55,137 bases of DNA. It comes from Desulfobacterales bacterium. Lineage in GTDB: Bacteria; Desulfobacterota; Desulfobacteria; Desulfobacterales; JAHEIW01. The notes beneath the pieces were generated by a model. It was not told the origin of the DNA. It worked only from the letters and a program-made list of their open reading frames with translations, and did no database searches. The position numbers and the translations under genes were made by a program. Below are positions 1 to 8,672 of this stretch, piece after piece; position 1 is the first letter of the stretch; each line of letters opens with the position of its first letter. The stretch lies in assembly GCA_050122475.1 (NCBI GenBank), contig JASFIV010000003.1, positions 1 to 55,137 of the forward strand, written 5' to 3'.

Positions 1-70
1 CAGCCGTGTGGTTATTGAATTTAAATGAACTTGCTGCCGTTCGGTTAATGGACAAACCGAAAAGAAAGTG

Positions 71-273
71 TTAGCTGACTTCAGCAACCAGCCGCTCCAC
101 CGGGCGCTCGCTGATCAACCAGTGCACGAAAGCCGCCATTAAACCCAGGGCAACCCCAAGCCACCAGACCGCATCGTAGCTGCCGCTGCGATCATACAGC
201 CAGCCACCCATCCAGACACCGATGAAACTACCGCGCTGGTGCCGGAATTGTCAGGCGCAATTGGTTTGTTCAT
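71..273 (-). pseudogene. Internally deleted MFS transporter remnant
   Basis: Manual minus-strand translation gives HQRGSFIGVWMGGWLYDRSGSYDAVWWLGVALGLMAAFVHWLISERPVERLVAEVS* (stop 71-73), resembling the last helices of an MFS transporter. An AAAGGA RBS plus ATG at 273 (MNKPIAPDNS) is out of frame with it. Confidence 0.7.
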
Positions 274-615
274 CGGATAAGCGTTTCCTTTATTAGCACT
301 AATCAAGTTACCATAACCATGGCCATAGGGTTTTCAAGCCGTTGGGAGGTTCCGTAGAAGCGCTGCAAATCATTATAATAACAATAGATACCCGAAAGCG
401 CGCCCAAAGTGAGGCTGATGGTTTTTTGACATCTTTAAAAAAAACCTTAAAATGATTGAGTAAACGCCGCGTGAATACTGGTGAGCAATATGGCCAGAGT
501 TCCGCGGTCGTTTTATTTGTGCGCTTCGCAATAGAACTGATATTGGCGCATGATAAAAACAAAACCATACGATGGCCTTTACCGAGTGCCTTTCAGATAA
601 ACGGAGAAGAATGCT

Positions 616-1545
616 ATGAAAACACAGAGTGAACATCAGACTTTTTACAAAACCGAAAAAGTGGATGGCCTGGATATCTTTTACCGCGAATCAGGCCTGA
701 AAGACGAGCAAACGATTTTGCTGCTCCATGGTTTTCCAACCTCATCGCATATGTTTCGCAACCTGATCCCGCTGCTGTCAGACCACTTTCACCTGATCGC
801 TCCGGATTATCCCGGTTTCGGCAACAGCTCCATGCCGGGTGTTGATGAATGGGACTACACTTTTGATAACATCGCCGAGGTGATCGACCATTTCACGGAG
901 CAACTGGGCCTCAATCGCTTTAGCCTTTATGTGATGGATTATGGCGCGCCGGTCGGCTTTCGCATTGCGGCCAGGCATCCGGAAAGGATAGAATCTTTGA
1001 TCATTCAAAACGGGAATGCCTATGAAGAAGGCCTGCGGGAATTCTGGGATCCGATCAAAGCTTACTGGAAGGATCGCACAAAAGAAAATGCGGCTGCACT
1101 CAGAGACAGCCTGCTGACCATCGATGCGACCAAATGGCAATATACCAACGGTGTGCGCAATGTGGGGACCATCGCACCGGATAACTGGTTCCACGATCAA
1201 TATTTGCTGGATAGACCCGGCAATAAGGATATCCAGCTGCAACTGTTCTATGATTACGGCTCCAATCCATCGCTGTATTCACAGTGGCAGGCCTACTTTC
1301 GTGCGTATCAGCCGCCGGCATTGGTTGTGTGGGGCAAAAACGATTATATCTTTCCGGAAGAAGGCGCCCATCCCTACAAACGGGATCTAAAAAATATCGA
1401 TTTTCATATTCTTGATACCGGCCATTTTGCGCTCGAAGAAGATGGCGACACCATCGCCGATCTGATTACCTGCTTCATGGCCAAACACACAGATCTGTTG
1501 AACAAACACCCGGATGCTTTGGGAAGGTGTAAAATCGCCGCCTAA
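616..1545 (+). CDS. Alpha/beta hydrolase (epoxide hydrolase/haloalkane dehalogenase-like)
   Basis: LLHGFP oxyanion motif, MDYGAP nucleophile Asp, TGHFALE catalytic His; GGAG RBS. Confidence 0.92.
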   Translation: MKTQSEHQTFYKTEKVDGLDIFYRESGLKDEQTILLLHGFPTSSHMFRNLIPLLSDHFHLIAPDYPGFGNSSMPGVDEWDYTFDNIAEVIDHFTEQLGLNRFSLYVMDYGAPVGFRIAARHPERIESLIIQNGNAYEEGLREFWDPIKAYWKDRTKENAAALRDSLLTIDATKWQYTNGVRNVGTIAPDNWFHDQYLLDRPGNKDIQLQLFYDYGSNPSLYSQWQAYFRAYQPPALVVWGKNDYIFPEEGAHPYKRDLKNIDFHILDTGHFALEEDGDTIADLITCFMAKHTDLLNKHPDALGRCKIAA

Positions 1546-1617
1546 ATCCACAATAAAAAATGTTGAATATACTCAAACCAGAATAGGCTAAATCCAGGTA
1601 CTAACGCACCTGCGAAA

Positions 1618-1651
1618 AAGCCCCAATTTCCCGGCCGGGAAATTGGGGCTT
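1618..1651. terminator. Intrinsic terminator-like perfect palindrome
   Basis: AAGCCCCAATTTCCC-GGCC-GGGAAATTGGGGCTT after the hydrolase stop, with an A-run before and T-rich sequence after. Confidence 0.75.
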
Positions 1652-1682
1652 CAATTTTCTTTATCTTAAAAATTATTGGTAT

Positions 1683-1946
1683 AAAACTATTTCAAAAATA
1701 GTATATTACGCTTTACGGTTGGTCAGTTGAGCGCGTTGTTCCGTCTAGCCCGTCGTAAGCAGAAAATTGCTTAAATTTATCTTTTAACCGGCAAACGGGC
1801 TAACGGATAACGGGCTCAACCTGTAATATTCGAGTATTTTGAATCGGTTTTACGCACACCTTAATCTTCATAAAACTAGATGTGTGATCCCGATTTATCG
1901 GGGAAACGCAGCCCTCGGGCGTTAGATGCATTTTTAAGACAGGGTT
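1683..1946 (-). mobile_element. MITE-like element, degenerate inverted copy of 4300-4562
   Basis: Reverse complement aligns by eye along the whole of 4300-4562; ends AAAACTATTTCAAAAAT / ATTTTTAAGACAGGGTT. Confidence 0.85.
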
Positions 1947-2246
1947 TCAGCAGAATTCAACACCCACCCCATACGGATAATCAGAGCCGTCCTCATCACC
2001 GGTGTCTTTACACCACTTAACGATTCCACAATACTCATTGGGGCAGGATTTAAAAGGCGGGTTATCAAGTCTGAATCTAACCCGGGTTCCGGGTCGGAAG
2101 GCAAATTCAGTGACAAAAAACATGCCGTCACCACTCATATTGTTTATTTTACCGTAGGCAAAGGAGCCTTTGTGCTCGTCCTCCAGTAAGATGGTCGAAT
2201 TATGGTAAAACCGTTTGCATTTTCGGTAGTCAATCGCAGCTTCCAT
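1947..2246 (-). CDS. Single-domain PilZ protein
   Basis: RxxxR (RKCKR) and NxSxxG (NMSGDG) motifs; C-terminal GVGVEF; GGAGG RBS. Confidence 0.85.
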   Translation of the reverse strand: MEAAIDYRKCKRFYHNSTILLEDEHKGSFAYGKINNMSGDGMFFVTEFAFRPGTRVRFRLDNPPFKSCPNEYCGIVKWCKDTGDEDGSDYPYGVGVEFC

Positions 2247-2336
2247 GCTTCACCTCCATTTATCGGCTGTCATATTCGAGTTCATAGATCTTAATCGCAC
2301 TACCGCTCAGGGTCAGCGTACAATTAAACGGGATGA

Positions 2337-2538
2337 GTCAACGACCACCCGCACAGCGGGTGGCTTGGATTTTACTGCTATCGGCGGTAAAAGACAGGGG
2401 TACTAAATGCCCCAATCGTTGAAAACAACGCGGTTAAACCGGGTGCGAAGCATCCGGTTTGTTAAACCCAATCAGCTGTTTTGCTATCTGAAGGCACCTT
2501 CTGGGAAGCAGAATATACCACATCGTGGTATATGTCAA
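2337..2538 (-). mobile_element. Non-autonomous IS200/IS605-like element (no ORF)
   Basis: Minus strand ends CAAGCCACCCGC-TGT-GCGGGTGGTCGTTGAC (subterminal hairpin plus TTGAC). The other end is TTGAC followed by hairpin ATATACCAC-GAT-GTGGTATAT. Confidence 0.6.
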
Positions 2539-2595
2539 GATTAGAATTTAGTTCGCCAAAAGAGGGAAACCGCTTTGCAGGTATGACATTTGGCT

Positions 2596-3117
2596 TTAAT
2601 CACAACCGAAGGACTGGGTAATGTCACCGGATTCATGACCAAAATCTGCTTTGAAAAATCCAAACCGCTAGCCTTCAAACCAGTGATAATCATCTCCGCC
2701 CCAGTACATTTGATCATTCAATCGTGTTTCGGCGTAAAAATAGATAAAGCGGTTATGGGTGTCGACAATGTGTTGTTTTTGACCCGCATTCAGCGAGAAC
2801 CAACCACGGGTTGTCCAGTGTCCGGGCTCATTTTTAGCCGTCATAAAACACACGGCAACATAAATGCGGTGTTTACAATTGTTTTTAACAAAAACTTTTG
2901 AAAACAGGTCATCGGTGGCATCATTGCGGGCCAGCGCTTTTCGAATCTGGGCTAATATGGCATCGGCGGTTGCTTTGTCTTTTTTTATGATGTGATCTTC
3001 TTTGGCATCCACAACCACCTGGGTGGTGTTGGATGTCACTTGAACAATTTTGATGTTAATCTCCAGTTCAGGCGTCGATGCCAGAATAATCGTCTCATCT
3101 GTTATAAGACTTGAAGA
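2596..3117 (-). pseudogene. DUF1036-domain gene, 5' truncated, with in-frame TAG at 2668-2670
   Basis: NNCKHRIYVAV..WTTRGWF..IYFYAE..WGG resembles DUF1036. The frame continues past TAG as RFGFFKADFGHESGDITQSFGCD*. It is also open upstream of GTG 3039 to a TGA at 3118-3120 with no ATG. Confidence 0.6.
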
Positions 3118-3231
3118 TCAACGCCATTTATTGACGGTCGTAATCGGTTCATGCTACAGACAACATATCTCTACAGATGCGCAAACCGCAAGTCAGCCTT
3201 TGCTGGTTTGAAGATCGGCCTGGAGAAAAAA

Positions 3232-3795
3232 ATGGAATCCGTTACCATTTTCCAGATCGTCGCTTTTATCTTGGCATCCATTGCGATAACCGCTTTGTCC
3301 TGGCGCTCTCTGGGAAACCCCAGATGTCATGGGTTTTATCGATTTTTCGCTTTTGAAGCCATTCTCGTCATCTTGGTTCTCAATATCCCCTTTTGGATAA
3401 AGAAGCCTTTTTCTGCTGCTCAAATCGTATCCTGGCTCCTGCTTATTTTTTCAATTGTCTTTGTCGTCCAGGGGATTTATTGGCTTCGCAAAATTGGCGG
3501 CTCCGCTCAAAGAACGGACAGCCCGGAAACATTTGCTTTTGAAAATACGGCCAATCTGGTAAGCGAGGGTATTTATAAATATATTCGCCATCCCTTATAC
3601 AGCTCTTTGCTATTATTGGCCTGGGGTGCTTTGCTAAAGCACATCACCACTGCCGGTGGTATTGCCGCCATTGTGGCAACCGCTGCATTGATCGTCACAG
3701 CGAAGATGGATGAGCGCGAATGCCTTGATATCTTTGGGTCAGCGTATGCAGCCTATATGAAACAATCGAAAATGTTTATCCCCTATCTATTTTGA
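3232..3795 (+). CDS. Isoprenylcysteine carboxyl methyltransferase (ICMT/PEMT) family membrane protein
   Basis: LVSEGIYKYIRHPLYS motif and C-terminal FIPYLF; start set at ATG 3232 after GGAG. Confidence 0.88.
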   Translation: MESVTIFQIVAFILASIAITALSWRSLGNPRCHGFYRFFAFEAILVILVLNIPFWIKKPFSAAQIVSWLLLIFSIVFVVQGIYWLRKIGGSAQRTDSPETFAFENTANLVSEGIYKYIRHPLYSSLLLLAWGALLKHITTAGGIAAIVATAALIVTAKMDERECLDIFGSAYAAYMKQSKMFIPYLF

Positions 3796-3852
3796 CTAAC
3801 ATTGAGTTGCGTGTTTACGATAACAGTTTGCGGACGGAAAGGAGCAAATCGC

Positions 3853-4299
3853 ATGTACATCCAGCAGGTTGACCTCACCCAGGGGGTGGGCCAGGATTTC
3901 GTGGATGGGCTCACGGCTGCTTCGGTCAAAGAAGAACATGCGCAGGGCGATATTCTGTTTGAAAAAGGCGACCCCGCAGACCACGCTTATCTTCTGTTGA
4001 TCGGCCGTATCCACCTGAAAATGGGTGAGGCCGGGCATGTGGTCCATATCGTCAGCCGCCCCGGAGAGACTTTTGGATGGTCCAGTCTGGTGGGCCGTGC
4101 GGCTTACTCCACATCGGCCATTTGCACGGAGCAGACAACGGTGCGCAAACTTCACCGGCGCAAATTGAGAAAGCTTTTGGAAATCGACCCTGTCAATGGC
4201 CTCATCTTTTTTCAGCGCCTGGCCGGGATGCTCGGAAAGCGCCTGCTCGAAAGCTATGCCCGCTATGAGAAGTTGTATAAGGGTGATACATATGTATAA
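3853..4299 (+). CDS. Stand-alone cyclic nucleotide-binding (Crp/Fnr N-terminal) domain protein
   Basis: LFEKGDPADHAYLLLIG and PGETFGWSSL motifs; AAGGAG RBS; no HTH. Confidence 0.85.
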   Translation: MYIQQVDLTQGVGQDFVDGLTAASVKEEHAQGDILFEKGDPADHAYLLLIGRIHLKMGEAGHVVHIVSRPGETFGWSSLVGRAAYSTSAICTEQTTVRKLHRRKLRKLLEIDPVNGLIFFQRLAGMLGKRLLESYARYEKLYKGDTYV

Positions 4300-4562
4300 G
4301 AACCTATCTCAAAAATGCATCTAACACTCAAGGGCTGTGTTTCCCCGATAAATCGGGATCACTCATCTATTTTATGAAGATTAAGGAGTGCGTCAAACCG
4401 ATTCAAAATGCTCGAATATTACAGGTTGAGCCCGTTTCCAGTTGGCCCGTTTGCCGGTTAAAAGATAAATTTAAGCAGTTTTCTGCTTACGACGGGCTAG
4501 ACGGAACAACGCGCTCAACTGGCCAACCGTAAAGCGTAATCTACTATTTTTGAGATAGGTTC
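4300..4562 (+). mobile_element. 263-bp MITE with perfect 17-bp terminal inverted repeats
   Basis: GAACCTATCTCAAAAAT (4300-4316) and ATTTTTGAGATAGGTTC (4546-4562); second copy at 1683-1946. Confidence 0.88.
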
Positions 4563-4622
4563 AATTTAGTCATAAGGTATCAGGAAACCTGATTGCTGAT
4601 GAAACGTTACACCTGAACTTGT

Positions 4623-5306
4623 ATGTTCGATGGGAAAACGATGAATCTCTTATTTGATTTGGATGGCACCCTGACAGACCCTTTTGCCGGCATTACAAAA
4701 TGCATTTTATATGCCTGTGATAAGCTGGGCAGGAAATGCCCGTCCATGGAGAGTTTGCGCTGGTGTATCGGCCCTCCCTTGCGAGACAGTTTTGCCAAAC
4801 TGCTGGCTTCGGATGACGCCGCTCTGATTGAAAAGGCCGTCGCATTTTACCGTGAGCGCTTCGGCACCGTCGGATTATATGAGAATGAAGTCTATGAGGG
4901 CATTCCGAAAATGCTGACAGCCCTCCAGAAAGAAGGCCATACCCTCTATGTGGCCACATCGAAGCCCACTGTTTTTGCGCGCAAAATTATCGACCATTTT
5001 GGTCTGCAGCGCTTTTTTAAGGGTATCTATGGAAGTGAGCTCGATGGAACCCGGGGGGATAAGACGAGTCTGATAGCCCATATCCTGCAAACAGAATTGT
5101 TTTTAGCGTCTGATACAGCGATGATTGGAGATCGCGAACATGATATAATCGGTGCAAAAAATAACGGATTGGCGGGTTTTGGCGTTCTGTGGGGCTACGG
5201 AACCATGGATGAATTGCAAAATTCAGGTGCTCGCGCCTTTTTCAAAATTCCACATGAGTTGGTTGCTGCCTTTAACGGGCAGTCGAACCTTTCTTTGCAA
5301 CAGTGA
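4623..5306 (+). CDS. HAD-superfamily hydrolase (phosphoglycolate phosphatase/5'-nucleotidase-like)
   Basis: FDLDGTL motif I, ATSK motif II, IGDREHD motif IV. Confidence 0.92.
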   Translation: MFDGKTMNLLFDLDGTLTDPFAGITKCILYACDKLGRKCPSMESLRWCIGPPLRDSFAKLLASDDAALIEKAVAFYRERFGTVGLYENEVYEGIPKMLTALQKEGHTLYVATSKPTVFARKIIDHFGLQRFFKGIYGSELDGTRGDKTSLIAHILQTELFLASDTAMIGDREHDIIGAKNNGLAGFGVLWGYGTMDELQNSGARAFFKIPHELVAAFNGQSNLSLQQ

Positions 5307-5385
5307 TCAATCAGATTGCCCGCAACCGCTTAGCGATCCTTGTCACTGGACCCGATCGCTTAATGGTCCCCGGAATCGTAAAACG

Positions 5386-5817
5386 CTATGATGCAGCCAC
5401 TTTGTTGGCTTTATCGGCAACCTTTTGATTGAATTTGGCGGCATCGATGATAAACCGTTCGTGGGTGCCTTTGGATATGGTATCGATACCGTCGTCGGCT
5501 GCAATCGAAAAGACCAGTCTCCTTCCGTCCACCTCTTGCAGTTTAACCTCGACGTTGACCGTCAGGCCCGGTGGCGTGGCCGCCAGATGATTCAGGTTTA
5601 ACCCGATGCCCACGGTTTGCTCCTTGGGCCAGTCGATATGGGGATTGATCGCCTGGATGCAGGTCCACTCAAACAGGCCCACCATAAATCCGGTGGCCAG
5701 AACCTTAGGCATTTTCTGCAGTTCCACTGCTTCAGGATAGAGAAAAGGGACGGTTTTGTCCTCAGGAACCATGTATTGAAAGGTAAACGTCAGGCCGGGT
5801 TTCAAGGAATCCTTCAT
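5386..5817 (-). CDS. Hotdog thioesterase, fluoroacetyl-CoA thioesterase (FlK)-like
   Basis: VLATGFMVGLFE, TVG..HLAATPPG and GTHERFII motifs. Confidence 0.88.
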   Translation of the reverse strand: MKDSLKPGLTFTFQYMVPEDKTVPFLYPEAVELQKMPKVLATGFMVGLFEWTCIQAINPHIDWPKEQTVGIGLNLNHLAATPPGLTVNVEVKLQEVDGRRLVFSIAADDGIDTISKGTHERFIIDAAKFNQKVADKANKVAAS

Positions 5818-5856
5818 AATGATCTCCGTTCGGCAGATAAGTGGGTAAATAAATGA

Positions 5857-6165
5857 TCATTGATTACATGTCATGCTGTCGGGAAAATCAGCCAGACGAT
5901 CAAATGCCGCGTCTGTATAATTTCTCAAAAAACGTGTTTTGCGAAAACTGTTTTCGATCAACGAGCGATTTTTTTGCCGGGTATACAGTTCAAAACGATC
6001 GGTTATATCGCCCGCTAATTGTGCATTGATGTCGACGATCTGAACCGGTGTCCGGCAGGCAAAGTCCAGGCGGGTAACATCGATGGTGCGCATGTTGGGA
6101 TTGGCCCGGGTTTGAAAAAAGATTTTCATGTTGACATTGTCATAAAGGTTTTCATGGCCTTTCAT
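5857..6165 (-). pseudogene. Probable C-terminal fragment of a linear amide C-N hydrolase (choloylglycine hydrolase/penicillin V acylase family)
   Basis: YD..NMKIFFQT..NPNMRTIDV..LDFAC.TPV..VDIN..LAGDIT resembles the family C-terminus from recall; the catalytic N-terminal Cys region is absent. Confidence 0.5.
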
Positions 6166-6527
6166 CCCGCTAAAATTTTTGTCTTCTCATTCGACTATCA
6201 GCTTATGAGAAGAACTGCAACCCGATGCCGGTATGTCAGTGAGCTCTTTTACCTGCGATGAACCTACAGCCAGACAAAGACCTACCGAAAGCGCCATTTT
6301 GTGAATACAGCTGGCGTTCATTTGCGCTACGAGTGTCGGCTTGAGCCTGAGTCAGGTTATTGATTTTGCTTGATTTCAGACAAAATCAAGGTTAAACATT
6401 TGAATCGTCATCATCGGATCTCGTCAGTTATTGCATTCTCGCTGTATCATCACTTCTTTAAATTTCTTCGGCTGCTGACATGCTTTCCAGTTATGGGGTT
6501 ACTCGCTAAAAGGAAAAAGGTGTTCAA

Positions 6528-7466
6528 TTGGACTTTTCGATATGTGAGCGCATCATAGAGAACATTTCTAAGGTGATTGTGGGCAAACAGCAAACCCTTG
6601 AACTTTTGCTGGTCGCCTTTATCGCTGACGGGCATGCCCTCATCGAAGATGTTCCCGGACTGGGGAAGACCTTGATGGCAAAATCCCTGGCCAGGACGAT
6701 TGGCGGAACATTTAAGCGGGTGCAATTCACTCCGGATCTGCTGCCGGCTGATATCACCGGATTTAACGTCTATGATCAGCAAGCCGGGCAATTTACGTAT
6801 CAACCAGGGCCGGTGATGACCCATATTCTGCTGGCCGATGAAATTAACCGTACGATTCCCCGCACGCAATCCAGCCTGCTGGAGAGCATGGAAGAACGCC
6901 AGGTCACCGTGGATGGCCAGACGCATGTTCTACCGCGCCCGTTCCTGGTAATGGCCACCCAGAACCCAATCGAGCTGGAGGGAACCTTTACCTTGCCTGA
7001 GGCACAACTGGACCGATTTCTGCTCAAACTACGCCTCGGGTACCCCGAAAAGGATGAGGAGATCTCGGTTATGGAACGTTTCCGCGAGCAAGATCCTCTG
7101 GAAAGCCTCAAGCCCGCTGCGCAACCCGAGCAGATCACGGAGCTGCAAAGCGCACGCAAAAAAATCCGCGTCTCCCATCCGGTAAAAGAATACATTGCGG
7201 ATATTGTCAGAGCCACCCGCAATAACAGAGCCTTGCGTTACGGGGCAAGTCCGAGGGGTTCACTCGGTTTGATGCGCAGCGCTCAGGCGCTGGCGGCTTT
7301 GCGGGGAAGAGACTTTGTGTTACCGGATGATATCAAGTATCTGGTCGTGCCTGTCCTCGCCCACCGGCTGATTCTGACGGATGAGGAGCGACTGCGCGGC
7401 GGAGCACCCGAACCACTGCTTGAAGAGATTCTGGAGCAAATACCCGTTCCCGCACCCACCGAATAA
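6528..7466 (+). CDS. moxR: MoxR family AAA+ ATPase
   Basis: EDVPGLGKT, RVQFTPDLLPADITG, LADEINR, ATQNPIE and LPEAQLDRF motifs; TTG start. Confidence 0.95.
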   Translation: MDFSICERIIENISKVIVGKQQTLELLLVAFIADGHALIEDVPGLGKTLMAKSLARTIGGTFKRVQFTPDLLPADITGFNVYDQQAGQFTYQPGPVMTHILLADEINRTIPRTQSSLLESMEERQVTVDGQTHVLPRPFLVMATQNPIELEGTFTLPEAQLDRFLLKLRLGYPEKDEEISVMERFREQDPLESLKPAAQPEQITELQSARKKIRVSHPVKEYIADIVRATRNNRALRYGASPRGSLGLMRSAQALAALRGRDFVLPDDIKYLVVPVLAHRLILTDEERLRGGAPEPLLEEILEQIPVPAPTE

Positions 7467-7470
7467 AAGG

Positions 7471-8670
7471 ATGGCCATGTCAACCCAGGAAGATCGACTG
7501 CCCTCTGTCTTTATTATCCCGCTGATGCAGTTCTTTGTTTGTGTCCTTCTTTTTATCGCGTTGCTGTATGACCTGCGTGATCTCACCCTGCTGGCGCTCC
7601 TCATTTTAGGGATTACAATCGGCGCACGTCTGTGGAGCAGGTTCAGCCTGAAAAGGATTCGATACACCTCAAGCGTCGATAAACAAAAGGTCTTTCCCGG
7701 CGAATCGCTGGCTCTGCAAGTACGCGCCGAAAACGCCAAGTTACTGCCCGTGTGGATGCAGATGAGTGTGCCCCTGGTGGACGCGCTTGAGCTCGCCACT
7801 GAGACGACTCACTTTGCCAAAGATTGTTGGCTGCTCTCATACCAGCAGGCACGCTTCAACTGGAAAATCGTGGCGCGGCGCAGAGGTGTATATCGCCTTG
7901 GGTCCGCCCATATGCAGGTGGGCGATCTTTTTGGCTTCTTCCCCCGGGAAAAACAGGCAGCGGGTAACATGGATGTGATTGTGTATCCCAGGCTGGTGCC
8001 ATTAAAACCGATTTCGTTGCCAAGACGGGATATTTTCGGTGTACCGGGCGCCAAAAGCCCGGTCCAGGATCCGATCTACATTCTCGGCACGCGAGATTAC
8101 CAGCAATGGCGACCCGCACGCCACATTCACTGGAAAGCCAGCGCACGCCACAATCGACTCCAGGAAAAAATCTTTGAACCATCGGAGCAGGAAAAAGTAT
8201 TACTGGCCGTCGAGGTAAGCCAATTCGAGAAAAACCATGCAACAGAAAGTTTCGAACATTCCCTTGAAATCGCGGGGTCCTTGGCTGTTCAATCCCATCA
8301 GAGGGGCTATGCATTGGGCTTCATCACCAACGGTCTGGTAGCGGGAGGCCCGTCCATTTTGCCAATGGGTAGAAGCCCGCAACAGCTTTCCGCCATCCTT
8401 GAAATTCTCGCCCGGCTTAAGATGAGGGCCACAGAGAACCTTACGGATGCGCTGCATCAAGTGCCGCAGTTATCATGGGGGGTGAGCTGTATTCACTTCT
8501 CTTACAAACAGGACGAAGGCTCACGGGCGACTGCCCAATATTTTTCGCATAAAGGCATACCCATGATATTCATTGTCTCCGGCACCGGGGCCCGCTGGAA
8601 ACAGGATGCACAAAAGCCCGGGGGCAAGACGGTTGGTATGGATGAGCTTGTGATCGAGGAGACCATATAA
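7471..8670 (+). CDS. DUF58 domain protein
   Basis: RDYQ..RHIHWKASAR motif, N-terminal TM helices, directly after moxR. Confidence 0.9.
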   Translation: MAMSTQEDRLPSVFIIPLMQFFVCVLLFIALLYDLRDLTLLALLILGITIGARLWSRFSLKRIRYTSSVDKQKVFPGESLALQVRAENAKLLPVWMQMSVPLVDALELATETTHFAKDCWLLSYQQARFNWKIVARRRGVYRLGSAHMQVGDLFGFFPREKQAAGNMDVIVYPRLVPLKPISLPRRDIFGVPGAKSPVQDPIYILGTRDYQQWRPARHIHWKASARHNRLQEKIFEPSEQEKVLLAVEVSQFEKNHATESFEHSLEIAGSLAVQSHQRGYALGFITNGLVAGGPSILPMGRSPQQLSAILEILARLKMRATENLTDALHQVPQLSWGVSCIHFSYKQDEGSRATAQYFSHKGIPMIFIVSGTGARWKQDAQKPGGKTVGMDELVIEETI

Positions 8671-8672
8671 CA

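Noticed and set aside
3793-3855. ICMT TGA is in frame with the downstream cNMP ORF (possible read-through fusion)
   Set aside because: FIPYLF is the normal family C-terminus, the cNMP gene has its own AAGGAG RBS, and there is no Cys-motif context or clear SECIS
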